Numbered from the stretch's first letter, positions 8,619 through 18,327 are shown. The stretch is 64,000 bases of DNA from Dehalococcoidia bacterium (GCA_038227375.1 JBBRPY010000007.1:6681-70680), one strand, 5' to 3'. The notes: generated by a model from the letters alone, not told the origin. Translations and numbers: made by a program.

Positions 8619-9942
8619 GCTCGTACAGACTAACCCAACCGCCGCGAGCCGTTCCCGGCGCGATGCGGCGGCGACATGGGTCCGCGAGCCCGCGCACGCC
8701 GTGCTTCTGCTGACGGCGCTCGCATGGGCAGCCGTCCTCGCAGTCATGCTGACGCACCGCATCTTCGTCACGAACGACTCACTCAGTAACTACATCCACG
8801 TCTGGTACATCGCGGACCGATTCTGGCACGGCCACGGCGTGCCGCTCTACATGCCTGTGCTGGGCCACGGCGATGCCTTCGCCTTCCCCTACGGCTTCAT
8901 TCCGTGGGCGAGCGCGGCGCTGCTCCGGCCGGTCTTCGGCGACTGGATCGTCACGGCCTGGCTGGTCGCCGGATTCGCCGGCGTGGTCGCGGCGCAGTGG
9001 TGGGCGTTCCCCGAACTGCGCAGCGGCTGGTGGCCCGCGTTGCTGCTGGTCGATCCGATGCTCGTGGAAGCGCCGCTGCTCGGTCAGTTGCCGTTTCTCT
9101 GGGCGACCGCGATGCTCTTCGGCGCCATCGCCTGCTGGCGGCGGGACCGCCGCGCGTGGGCGGCACTGCTCGCCGGCGCCGCGCAGGCGACGCACCCGGC
9201 CGTGCTGCTGCCCATCGCCGGCGTGCTGGTCGTCGTCTGGTGGTTCTGGGAGCCGCGTCGGCGGTCGCTCCTCGGATGGTACGCACTGTCGCTCGCGCTG
9301 GCGGCGCCCGCGGTCTTGATCGTGCTGGCGTCGCCGTCGGTCGGCGACGCATCCACTTCCACGCTGCTCAGCACATTCTTCGGGACGGTAGTCCTGCGGG
9401 CGATCGTCGTTGCCGCTCCGTTCATCGGCATCGCCGCGCAGCACACGCCGCTCGCGCGCATCCAGCCGTTGATCTACGCGGGCCTGATCGCGCTGACGGC
9501 GGCGCTGATCCCGATCCGGCACAACGGCTACGCCTACTGGGCGCTGACGCGATCGCCCGACGAATCGATGCTGGCATTCGTTCACTCCGCCGATTTCGCG
9601 CCGGGAGCGAACTATCGAATCCTTCGCGTCGGCGACGGCAAGATCGGCATGTACGACCTCGTGCGCAACGGCGCCCGGTTGGACTCCGAGCCCTTCCCCG
9701 AGAGCATCGACCGACGCAGCTTTCCGACTTCCGCTCAATATCTGCGGTTCCTCGGCGCGCGGGATGTAGACTACGTGATCGTCTACGACGCCTACGACGC
9801 CCGCTACGGCACGAACGAGCATCATCTGCTCCGTGAGATGGCGCTCGATCCGTCACTCCAGTGCGCCTCCGTGACGACGCAGGGCGACGGATATGACGTC
9901 TATCAGATTGCACCCGCGGATCAGTGCGCGCTCTTGCGGTGA
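8617..9942 (+). CDS. Polytopic membrane protein, GT-C-like; paralogue of the C-terminal domain of 950-3055
   Basis: Shared motifs NDSLSNYIHVWYIADR / DDTVNNYAHVWYISDR, AFAFPYGFIPW / AFTFPYGAVPW, GQLPFLW / GQYSFLW, ATHP / STHP, YGTNEH / FRTNEQ. Start uncertain. Confidence 0.75.
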   Translation: MLVQTNPTAASRSRRDAAATWVREPAHAVLLLTALAWAAVLAVMLTHRIFVTNDSLSNYIHVWYIADRFWHGHGVPLYMPVLGHGDAFAFPYGFIPWASAALLRPVFGDWIVTAWLVAGFAGVVAAQWWAFPELRSGWWPALLLVDPMLVEAPLLGQLPFLWATAMLFGAIACWRRDRRAWAALLAGAAQATHPAVLLPIAGVLVVVWWFWEPRRRSLLGWYALSLALAAPAVLIVLASPSVGDASTSTLLSTFFGTVVLRAIVVAAPFIGIAAQHTPLARIQPLIYAGLIALTAALIPIRHNGYAYWALTRSPDESMLAFVHSADFAPGANYRILRVGDGKIGMYDLVRNGARLDSEPFPESIDRRSFPTSAQYLRFLGARDVDYVIVYDAYDARYGTNEHHLLREMALDPSLQCASVTTQGDGYDVYQIAPADQCALLR

Positions 9943-9956
9943 GGTACGCTACCGAC

Positions 9957-11357
9957 ATGGAACCGCGCATCCAGTACGCGACGGCGCCGGACGGCGTCAG
10001 CATCGCATTCTCCACGCTGGGCGCGGGATTGCCGCTCGTGATACCGCCGCCCGCCCTCCCCTGGAGCCACCTCGAGCTGGAGTGGCAGATTCCGGAATGG
10101 CGCCACTACTACGAGCATCTGGCGGACCGGTATCGCGTCGTCCGTTACGACAGCCGGGGAGCGGGCCTCTCCGACCGGAACATTGGCGACTACACCTTCG
10201 ACGACCTGTTGAGCGACCTCGAGGCGGTAGTCGACCGGCTCGGGACGGATCGCATCGCACTCTTCGGGACGTACTACACCGCGCCGGTCGCCATCGCCTA
10301 CGCCGCACGCCACCCCGAACGCGTCTCGCATCTCCTCCTCTGGTGCGGCTTCGCGCGCGCGTCGGACAACGACCAGCCGCCCGCGGTCGCCGCAGCGGTG
10401 GAGCGGCTGCTCGAGCTCGACTACGCGCTGTTCACCGAAACGCTCGCGCACACTGTCTTCGGCTGGTCAGAGGGCGAAGCGGCGCATCGTGTGGCGCAGT
10501 ACATGCAGCAGAGCCTTAGCGCCCACGCGGCGGGCCGCTTCTGGAAACTGAACCAGTCGTTCGATGTGGAAGATCTGCTCCCCGATATCACGGCGCCGGC
10601 ACTGATCCTGCACCGGCGCGACTTTCCCTTTGTCGGCCAGAACGTCGCCCGCCGCCTTGCGGCTCGCATTGCGGACGCTCGCCTCGTCCTGCTCGATGGC
10701 GAATCGCTCGCGCCGTACACAGGCGACATCGAACCGCTGTTGAAGATCCTCGACGAGTTTCTCGGCGGCGCGCCGTCCGAGGTCCCGGCTTCGAGGAGCT
10801 CTCACCCGCACGTCGGGTCTACGGGGCAGGCCGCCACCGCCGGTGGCTTTCGCACGATCATGTTCACCGACATGGAGGGATCGACCGCCCTCACGCAGCG
10901 CCTCGGCGACGCCGCTGCGCAAAATCTCGTCCGCCTGCACAACAGCATCGTCAGCGATGCGCTGAGGACGCACGGCGGCACCCACGTGAAGCACACCGGC
11001 GACGGCATCATGGCGTCCTTTCTGACGGCCTCGGCCGCCGTCGAGTGCGCGATCGCGGTTCAGCGCGAGCTGGCGCGGCACAACGAGCGCAACCCGCATG
11101 AGCCGGTATCGGTGCGCATCGGCATCAACGCGGGCGAGCCCGTCCTCGAAGGCGATGACCTCTTCGGCACCGCGGTGCAGCTTGCCTCCCGCGTCTGCGC
11201 CAGGGCCGATGCCGGCGCGATCCTCGCCTCCGATGTCGTGCGGCAACTGGTGGCCGGCAAGGGCTTTCTGTTCGCGAACCACGGCGAAGCAGAACTGCGC
11301 GGTTTCGAAGACCCAGTCCGGCTCTACGAAGTGCGCTGGCACGATGACAGTCGCTAG
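9957..11357 (+). CDS. Alpha/beta-hydrolase-fold plus class III adenylate/guanylate cyclase (LipJ-like)
   Basis: RYDSRGAGLSD hydrolase segment; cyclase motifs FTDMEGST, KHTGDG, RIGINAGE, DLFGTAV. Confidence 0.88.
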   Translation: MEPRIQYATAPDGVSIAFSTLGAGLPLVIPPPALPWSHLELEWQIPEWRHYYEHLADRYRVVRYDSRGAGLSDRNIGDYTFDDLLSDLEAVVDRLGTDRIALFGTYYTAPVAIAYAARHPERVSHLLLWCGFARASDNDQPPAVAAAVERLLELDYALFTETLAHTVFGWSEGEAAHRVAQYMQQSLSAHAAGRFWKLNQSFDVEDLLPDITAPALILHRRDFPFVGQNVARRLAARIADARLVLLDGESLAPYTGDIEPLLKILDEFLGGAPSEVPASRSSHPHVGSTGQAATAGGFRTIMFTDMEGSTALTQRLGDAAAQNLVRLHNSIVSDALRTHGGTHVKHTGDGIMASFLTASAAVECAIAVQRELARHNERNPHEPVSVRIGINAGEPVLEGDDLFGTAVQLASRVCARADAGAILASDVVRQLVAGKGFLFANHGEAELRGFEDPVRLYEVRWHDDSR

Positions 11358-11445
11358 TCGCCGAGGCGGCCCGCACCCGGCTCCCTCACCGAAACTGCGC
11401 TAGAATCGCTCCGGACGCCATAGCGCGAGGACGAGCGGAGCCGTC

Positions 11446-12912
11446 ATGAAGCAGCTTGATGATGCCACCCGAGAACGGCTGGGCGCGGCCGCCGCTGAGC
11501 TGATCGAGAAGCACCACCTCCCCGGCATTTGCATCGGCGTCGTGCACGGCGACGACCTCGTCTACGCCGAGGGCTTCGGCTACGCCGACATCGAGAGCGG
11601 CGAGCCGCAGGATCCTGGCCGGCGGCAGCGCGTCGCCTCGATCACGAAGACGATGACCGGGCTCTGCGTGATGGCGCTGGTCGATGAGGGCCGGCTTTCG
11701 CTCGACGACCGCGCCGTTGACCACCTGCCGGAGATCGCGTTCGACGGCCCCGGCGAGCGCATCACCCTGTGGCAGCTCCTCACGCACACATCGGGCATCG
11801 GCGAAGCTCCAACGCTGGACGCGCTGGCTGCCACGATCGACCCGAACCATGTTGGTGGCGACGGCGAGTTCGCGACGATGTATCCGAAGGGCATCGTCGT
11901 CGAGGCGGAGCCCGGCACGAAGTGGGCGTACGCCAACCACGGATATGCGCTGCTCGGCGAAATCGTCGCTCGGGCGGATAAGGCCAGCTTTGCCGACGTC
12001 CTCCAGCGGCGCATCTTCGAGCCGCTGGGCATGAGTGAGACGGCGTGCACGCGCGAGGCGCACCCGCTCGTCACCACCGGCTATCACCGCACCACGAACG
12101 CCGACACGCGCGAGCTGCTCGAACGCGCGGGCCTGCCGGTGACCGCGGAAGAGCCGGTCGACGGCTACAACATCCGCGGCAAGGGCGTGGCAAACGACCA
12201 TCACGGCATGCTCGCTGCCGGAGCGGTGCAATCGACCATGGAGGACATGGCGCGCTATGCGTCCGCGCTCCTCCGGCGCGGCGGCGGCATCGTGCGGCCG
12301 GAGACGTTCGATGCGATGGTGGCGCCGCAGTGGTGCCCCGACGACCGGCTTGCGAGCTGGGGGCTTTCGTTCGCGCGGCTGCTGCGTGGCGGCAGGCGCT
12401 CCTTCGGACACGGCGGCGCCTACTTCGGCGGCTGGAACTCGCATCTCGGCGTCTTCCCGGCCGAGGACATGGCGCTCATCGTGCACATGAACGTCATGCT
12501 CGACACCCCGGCGCCGGTCTACGCCCGGATCGAGCGCGCGCTGTTCAACGCGCCTGCGCCATCAGCCCCTGCGGTCGCCGCCGACGCGGGGGTTGTCGCC
12601 GCGGCGCCTGGAGTCTACGAATGCACTCCCGGCAAGCTGACGAACTTCCGGCCGAGCACGAACCTCGGCCGCATCCAGATCACCGCCGCCGGCGACGCGC
12701 TGGCGATCCGCTCCCGCCGTGGAGTCTGGAAGCGCGGCGTCCCGCTGCTCCCGAGCGATCCGTCCGACCCGCTGATGTGCGCCGCGTACGCGCCGGATGG
12801 CGATCCCGCGCCCGTCCTGCTGACGCGCGGCGCGGACGGCCGCATCGATGGCATCCGCTTCGGGGAGATCCAGCACATGGTGCGCAACGATGATGTAGCG
12901 CCGTGGGCATAG
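11446..12912 (+). CDS. Serine hydrolase, beta-lactamase class C/PBP-like family
   Basis: SITK (SxxK), LLTHTSG, YAN (YxN), HGG. Confidence 0.9.
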   Translation: MKQLDDATRERLGAAAAELIEKHHLPGICIGVVHGDDLVYAEGFGYADIESGEPQDPGRRQRVASITKTMTGLCVMALVDEGRLSLDDRAVDHLPEIAFDGPGERITLWQLLTHTSGIGEAPTLDALAATIDPNHVGGDGEFATMYPKGIVVEAEPGTKWAYANHGYALLGEIVARADKASFADVLQRRIFEPLGMSETACTREAHPLVTTGYHRTTNADTRELLERAGLPVTAEEPVDGYNIRGKGVANDHHGMLAAGAVQSTMEDMARYASALLRRGGGIVRPETFDAMVAPQWCPDDRLASWGLSFARLLRGGRRSFGHGGAYFGGWNSHLGVFPAEDMALIVHMNVMLDTPAPVYARIERALFNAPAPSAPAVAADAGVVAAAPGVYECTPGKLTNFRPSTNLGRIQITAAGDALAIRSRRGVWKRGVPLLPSDPSDPLMCAAYAPDGDPAPVLLTRGADGRIDGIRFGEIQHMVRNDDVAPWA

Positions 12913-12928
12913 CGGCCAGGAGAACCAG

Positions 12929-13993
12929 ATGAAGGCAGCAGTCCTCCGCGAAGTGAAGCAGGCGATGCCAATCGAGGAGATCACCCTCGACGACCCCGGG
13001 CCCGGGCAGGTGCTGGTGCGGACCGCCGCCGCCGGAATCTGCCACAGCGACCTGCACTTCATCGACGGCGCATGGCCGATGCGCCTGCCGGCCGTGCTCG
13101 GCCACGAGGCCGCCGGCGTGATCGAGCAGGTGGGTGCGGGCGTCACGGGATTTGCGGCGGGCGACCACGTGATCCTCCTCTTCGTCGCCTCCTGCGGGAA
13201 ATGCGCGTACTGCAGCATCGGCCGCCCGAATCTCTGCGCCGATGGGCGGCTGACGGCGCCCACGATGCACATTGGCGACCGCGTGATCGCGCCGTTCCTG
13301 GGCATGTCGGCCTTTGCCGAATACATGGTGGTGCCTGAAGGCGCGCTGGTGAAGATTCGCGACGACATGCCCCTCGACCGCGCGTCGCTGATCGGCTGCG
13401 GCGTGATGACGGGCATCGGCGCCGCCATCAACACCGCGCGCGTCCAACCGGGAAGCAGCTGCGCGGTGATCGGCTGCGGCGGCGTCGGGCTGAACGTGAT
13501 CCAGGGATGCGCGCTTGCCGGCGCCGCACAGATCATCGCCATCGACGTGCGTGCAGGCAAACTCGAGATGGCGAAGATGTTCGGCGCCACGCACGTCATC
13601 GACGCGTCCAGCGACGACGCCGTGAACGCCGTCCGCGAACTGACGCACGGCGGCGCGGACTACGCCTTCGAGGTGATCGGGCTGCCCTCCGCGATCACAC
13701 AGGCATTCGACATGGTGCGGCGCGGCGGCGAGGCGATTGTCGTCGGCATGGCGCCGTTCGGCTCCGAGGTCACCGTGAGCGCGACGGCATTCCTGTCCGA
13801 AAAGGTCCTGAAGGGGTGTGTCTACGGCTCGGCGCGCCCGCGCGTTGACATGCCCCGGATCATCGACCTCTACATGTCCGGCAAGCTCAAACTTGATGAG
13901 CTGGTGTCGCGAAGGTATCCACTGACGGGCATCAACGATGCGTTCGATGCCCTGCGCGCCGGAGAAGTCGCCCGCAGCGTGATCGCATTTTGA
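12929..13993 (+). CDS. Zn-dependent alcohol dehydrogenase (class III-like)
   Basis: CHSDLH, GHEAAG, CGKCAYC...C structural Zn, GCGGVG. Confidence 0.93.
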   Translation: MKAAVLREVKQAMPIEEITLDDPGPGQVLVRTAAAGICHSDLHFIDGAWPMRLPAVLGHEAAGVIEQVGAGVTGFAAGDHVILLFVASCGKCAYCSIGRPNLCADGRLTAPTMHIGDRVIAPFLGMSAFAEYMVVPEGALVKIRDDMPLDRASLIGCGVMTGIGAAINTARVQPGSSCAVIGCGGVGLNVIQGCALAGAAQIIAIDVRAGKLEMAKMFGATHVIDASSDDAVNAVRELTHGGADYAFEVIGLPSAITQAFDMVRRGGEAIVVGMAPFGSEVTVSATAFLSEKVLKGCVYGSARPRVDMPRIIDLYMSGKLKLDELVSRRYPLTGINDAFDALRAGEVARSVIAF

Positions 13994-14448
13994 GCAAGGC
14001 GGCCGGTCCCTCGGTCACGATCAGACGGTTCGAAGCGGCGGATCAAGACGCCGTGAGATGGCTGATCTTGCGTGGTCTTGGCGAGCATTTCGGGACGATC
14101 GACGAGCGCATCAACACCGACCTCGACGAGATCGCTTCCAGCTACCGCGAGGCGGACTTCCTGCTTGCGTGCGAAGGCGGGGCGATCGTCGCCACCGGAG
14201 CATTGATGTCACCGGAGAACGGCGTCGCCCGGATCGTGCGGATGTCCTGTGCGGCGTCGCATCGGCGGCGCGGCATCGGCACGGCGATCGTGCGCGCGCT
14301 GCTCGAGCATGCGCGGCATCGCGGCTGCGGACGGATCACGCTCGCGACGAACGAAGACCGGGACGACGCCAACAGCTTCTACCGCACGCTGGGCTTCGTC
14401 GAAACCACCCGCCCACTCGGCGGCGTGGTTTACGAATTGCGGCTGTGA
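13990..14448 (+). CDS. GNAT N-acetyltransferase
   Basis: RRRGIGTAIV acetyl-CoA motif, FYRTLGF; overlaps the ADH stop. Confidence 0.85.
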   Translation: MSKAAGPSVTIRRFEAADQDAVRWLILRGLGEHFGTIDERINTDLDEIASSYREADFLLACEGGAIVATGALMSPENGVARIVRMSCAASHRRRGIGTAIVRALLEHARHRGCGRITLATNEDRDDANSFYRTLGFVETTRPLGGVVYELRL

Positions 14449-14527
14449 TCGCCGCGGCGATCGGCCGAGACGAGCCCGGAGGTGTTGCCTGCAGATCAGC
14501 GCAAGCGGGCCACCCCCATGCGCTCGA

Positions 14528-15733
14528 CTAGATCGCTGAACGGCGCGTCCATCTCCGCGCCGCTGCGAACGCGATCGTGGCCGCCGCAAGCGCGGTGGCG
14601 ACGCCGGCCAACCGATACAACACACCGTGCGCGGGCGATGGACCGCGCGTAGCTGCTTGCAGCGCGCTCGCATCGATCGGATCCGAGATGCCGCCCACGC
14701 TCGCCGGGGCGAGGCGCGAGGTGATTGCGGCCCACGCCGGCTTCGCCTGATAGCTTGTGTCAAACGGCAGCGGGGACTCCGACGTACCGAGCCAGGTGTA
14801 GCTGTCGGTGAAGCCCCATGTCGTGAACGCCCAGCACGAAGGGGCGGCCTGGCAGGCGCGGGCCGCGTCGTCGTAGATCACCCGCTGCGCCTCATACTTC
14901 TGTGCCTGCGTCCCGGGATAGTGCGATGTCCCCACATCCATCTCCGTGATGTCGGTGCGCAGACCAAGGTTGCCGAGCCGCGTCATGTTCGCCAGCAGGT
15001 CGGAGTACGCCGCCGGCCACCGCGTGTCCGAATGCACCTGAAATCCGATCCCGTCGAGCGGGACGGCTCGGGCTGCGAAGTCCTGAGCGATCGCGTACAG
15101 GGCGTCCGACTTTGGCCAGAGCCACTCGGTGCTGTACTCGTTGATGTAGAGACGTGCCGTCGGATCTGCGGCGTGCGCGATCACCAACGCCTGCTCGATG
15201 TAGTCGTTGCCGATCACCTGCTGCCAAATGTTCTGCTTGTACGTCCCATCATCATTGAGCGGCTCGTTCACGACGTCCCACTCGTGAATGCTTCCGGCGT
15301 AGCGATTCATCGCCGTGGTGATCCACTGGTTCATCACCGCGAGGAGCGTCGCGCGGGTCCATGGCGTCGCCGGGTTCGTAAGCCAGGCCGGCACTTGAAG
15401 ACCCCAGATGAGCACGTGCCCGCGCATCTGGAGGCCGTTGCTCTGGGCGAACTGGAGCATCGCATCGGGCTTGCTGAAGTCGAAGACCCCTGGCGAGGTC
15501 TCCACCTGGTCCATGTACTGCTCCCATTCCGGAGTCAGCACCTTGAAGTTGTGAGACAGGAGCTGCGTCGTGTACGCCGGGTCAGTTTGGATCGCGCCGT
15601 ACTGGAAGGCAGTGCCCAGCAGCACAGGCCCCGTGCGCGCCGGGACGGCGGCGTCCGCCCGTACGCCTGCGACTAGCGGCATCAATAGCGCTGTTGCGAC
15701 GAGGAACAGGAGCCGCAGCGCATTGCCCTTCAA
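14528..15733 (-). CDS. Secreted GH10 endo-1,4-beta-xylanase with C-terminal membrane anchor
   Basis: Signal peptide, RGHVLIW, WDVVNE (acid/base), DGIGFQVH, ITEMD (nucleophile), C-terminal TM plus basic tail. Confidence 0.9.
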   Translation of the reverse strand: MKGNALRLLFLVATALLMPLVAGVRADAAVPARTGPVLLGTAFQYGAIQTDPAYTTQLLSHNFKVLTPEWEQYMDQVETSPGVFDFSKPDAMLQFAQSNGLQMRGHVLIWGLQVPAWLTNPATPWTRATLLAVMNQWITTAMNRYAGSIHEWDVVNEPLNDDGTYKQNIWQQVIGNDYIEQALVIAHAADPTARLYINEYSTEWLWPKSDALYAIAQDFAARAVPLDGIGFQVHSDTRWPAAYSDLLANMTRLGNLGLRTDITEMDVGTSHYPGTQAQKYEAQRVIYDDAARACQAAPSCWAFTTWGFTDSYTWLGTSESPLPFDTSYQAKPAWAAITSRLAPASVGGISDPIDASALQAATRGPSPAHGVLYRLAGVATALAAATIAFAAARRWTRRSAI

Positions 15734-15840
15734 GCTCTAACCTCCGTGACGCGCCGACGCACGCCGGTCCTCGCGGCTGGCGCCATGCCATCGTGGTGTT
15801 TCTTCCGAAGGGCGCGGGACTTGCGTACGATGATAGCACC

Positions 15841-16875
15841 ATGACACCGCATCGCCGTTCTGTCCGGCTGATCGAGATCCAGGACCTGCTGAAGTCCCGC
15901 AGGCTGGGCTACACCGTCAAGGAGTTCGCCGCTCAAACGGGTATGAGCACGCGGTCGATCCAGCGTGACCTGCTCGTGCTGCAAACGGAGTACGTTCTGC
16001 CGCTCACGGAGGACAATGGCCGCTGGGCGCTGATGCGTCCCGAGCGCTTGTCTCCGTTGGACATCTCACTGCAGGAAGCGCGCGCCATCCTCATCGCCAC
16101 GCGGCTCTTTCTCCGCCACAGCGATGAGGGGGACCAGCACGCGGTGACGGCCCTCAAGCGGCTGGCCGAGATCATGCCCGATGGCGTCCGCGACCAGGTG
16201 CGCGCGGCGGCGGATGCGATATCGGAGCGCAGGATCGACCCCACGTTTTCGCGCAACATGACGACGGTCACCGAGGCGTGGGCGCGCCATCGGGTGCTGC
16301 GGCTGCTCTATCGTTCCGCCGGCAAGAGCCGCTCGAAGGAAGTTACCGTTGAGCCGTACTTTCTCGAGCCGAGCGCGGCCGGATTTGCGACGTACCTCAT
16401 CGGCTATTCCCGCACGCACGAACAGATCAGGACGTTCAAGATTGAGCGCATCGTCTCGGCCGAGAAGCTGCCAGCGACGTTCGAAATGCCATCGAACACC
16501 GACATCGACCAGCTTCTGGCGTCCGCGTGGGGGATCATCTTCGGCGAGGGGTGCATCGTAAAGCTGCGGTTCACGCCCGACGTCACCTGGCGCGTGAAGG
16601 AGTCGCGCTGGCACCCATCGCAGGAGGTGGAAGACCTGGCCGATGGCGGTTGCATGCTCACGGTCAGCGTCGCGAGTTTGATGGAGATTGGCCGCTGGGT
16701 GCGCAGCTGGGGCGACCGCGTCGAAGTGCTCGCGCCCGCGGAGCTGCGCGAAGAACTGCGGCGCGAGGCGGTGCGCCTCGCCCGCACGTACTCGGCGCCC
16801 GTGGTCCGTCCAAAGAGACCGCGGCGAGCGCAAAACAGCACGCCAAATTCGGGGGCCGGCTCGGCCGCGAGCTAG
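15841..16875 (+). CDS. HTH-WYL-WCX transcriptional regulator (PafB/C-like)
   Basis: HTH with STRSIQRDL, VEPY...TYLIG...RTFKIERI, C-terminal WVRSWGDRVEVLAPAELR. Confidence 0.9.
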   Translation: MTPHRRSVRLIEIQDLLKSRRLGYTVKEFAAQTGMSTRSIQRDLLVLQTEYVLPLTEDNGRWALMRPERLSPLDISLQEARAILIATRLFLRHSDEGDQHAVTALKRLAEIMPDGVRDQVRAAADAISERRIDPTFSRNMTTVTEAWARHRVLRLLYRSAGKSRSKEVTVEPYFLEPSAAGFATYLIGYSRTHEQIRTFKIERIVSAEKLPATFEMPSNTDIDQLLASAWGIIFGEGCIVKLRFTPDVTWRVKESRWHPSQEVEDLADGGCMLTVSVASLMEIGRWVRSWGDRVEVLAPAELREELRREAVRLARTYSAPVVRPKRPRRAQNSTPNSGAGSAAS

Positions 16876-17186
16876 GGCGTCGCGAACTCCTGCTCGATGA
16901 CCGCATCGTAGAGCTTGACCGCGGGTGGCCCTTGCAGCACACCCATCAGCGAGCCGCCCTGGCGGTGCCCGGCGACGAAGGCCTCGCTCTGCGTCCACTT
17001 CGTGAAGGCGTCGCGGTCCTGCCACGTGCTGTGGCTGATGTACTCGCCCTCGGCATCACCGCGGAGCAGCGAGAATCTGACAAAACCCGGCACGCCGCGC
17101 AGATGGGAGTCGCGGGTCTTCCAGATCTGCTCGAATTCTTCGCCCTTCCCAGGCGCGACCTTGAAGTTGTTCATGGCGACAAACAT
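16872..17186 (-). CDS. ABM-domain monooxygenase, IsdG/HmoA-like
   Basis: MFVAMNNF, VPGF, W...F..WTQSEAF...H pattern. Confidence 0.8.
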   Translation of the reverse strand: MFVAMNNFKVAPGKGEEFEQIWKTRDSHLRGVPGFVRFSLLRGDAEGEYISHSTWQDRDAFTKWTQSEAFVAGHRQGGSLMGVLQGPPAVKLYDAVIEQEFATP

Positions 17187-17365
17187 GGGGGCCTCCGAAC
17201 GGGTGGTGGTGCTCTTTGCGCGTCTCAGCCGGTCACCCGCCGTGGCAGGGACGGATGCCGCTTCGCATGAAGCAGATTAGCACGTCGAGAAGCGTGGCCT
17301 GACCGCGGCTGAGGCGGTTCCAGGATCTGGTCTCGTACCGCTGGCGCACGGGTCTGGCACCTGAG

Positions 17366-17405
17366 CTCACCTCTCCACCTGTGGAGAGGTGCAAGGGGTG
17401 AGGCC
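17366..17405. repeat. REP-like palindromic element, possibly terminator of tad operon (copy 1)
   Basis: CACCTCTCCAC-CT-GTGGAGAGGTG hairpin plus GGGGTGAGGCC tail; related to 41498-41558. Confidence 0.6.
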
Positions 17406-17409
17406 AGCC

Positions 17410-18327
17410 CTACTTGGGAAAGCCGTTCATGATCGTGATGATCGCCGGGCCAAGAATGACGATGAAGAGCGTCGGAAAAATGCACAGCACCAGCGGAAAG
17501 AGCATCTTCACTGGCGCCTTGTACGCCGCCGCTTCGGCGCGCTGACGCCGGCGCACGCGGAGCTGATCCGCCTGTACGCGCAGCACGGTACCCACGGACG
17601 AGCCCATCGCCTCGGCCTGAATGACCGCGTTTGTGAACTGAATGAGGTCCGGCACGTCCGTGCGCTCACCGAGTTCCTTCAACGAGTCTCGGCGCGTCTT
17701 GCCCAGCGAAACGTCGCGTAGTGAACGCTTCAGTTCCTGCGCAAACGGCCCCGCCACCTTTTCCGAAACGCGGGCGAGCGCGGCGTCGAGGCCGAGGCCC
17801 GCCTCCACGCACGTCGTAATCAGATCAAAGGCGTCGGCAAGGCTCTTGATGATCGCGTTCTGGCGCGCGCGCGCGCGCGAGCCAATGAGGTAGAACGGCA
17901 GATAAAAGCCGACCAACATCAGCACTGCACAGAGTCCGAGTTGGATCTTCCCGATCGACGCGCCGGCGACAGAGAGAATCAGCACGCCCATGCCCGTCGA
18001 GGCGACGCTCGAGATGACGACCATCGTGAGGAAGCCCGTCATCGTCATCGGCTCGCCGGCGACGACCAGCTTCTTCTCGACGCCAGTCAAGAGCGACTTC
18101 GGAAGCAGGTTGCCCGCAGCATTGGCGACGCCGCCGGCCAGCGGCCCCAGCACGCGCGTCCCAAAGGCGTCACGTTGCGGCGAAATCGGCAGGTCCTGGG
18201 CGCCGCGCCTAAAGCCCTCCAGCCGCTCCCTGGCGGCGACCGCGCCGGCCGTCTGGCCACCGGATGTCAGGCCTAGTACGAGAAAGACCACCGTGAAGAA
18301 CAGGAAGATCGTGGCGATCAAAATCAT
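17410..18327 (-). CDS. tadC: Tad pilus membrane platform protein TadC
   Basis: DLITTCVEAGLGLDAAL, RRQRAEAAAYKAPVKMLFPLV. Confidence 0.92.
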   Translation of the reverse strand: MILIATIFLFFTVVFLVLGLTSGGQTAGAVAARERLEGFRRGAQDLPISPQRDAFGTRVLGPLAGGVANAAGNLLPKSLLTGVEKKLVVAGEPMTMTGFLTMVVISSVASTGMGVLILSVAGASIGKIQLGLCAVLMLVGFYLPFYLIGSRARARQNAIIKSLADAFDLITTCVEAGLGLDAALARVSEKVAGPFAQELKRSLRDVSLGKTRRDSLKELGERTDVPDLIQFTNAVIQAEAMGSSVGTVLRVQADQLRVRRRQRAEAAAYKAPVKMLFPLVLCIFPTLFIVILGPAIITIMNGFPK

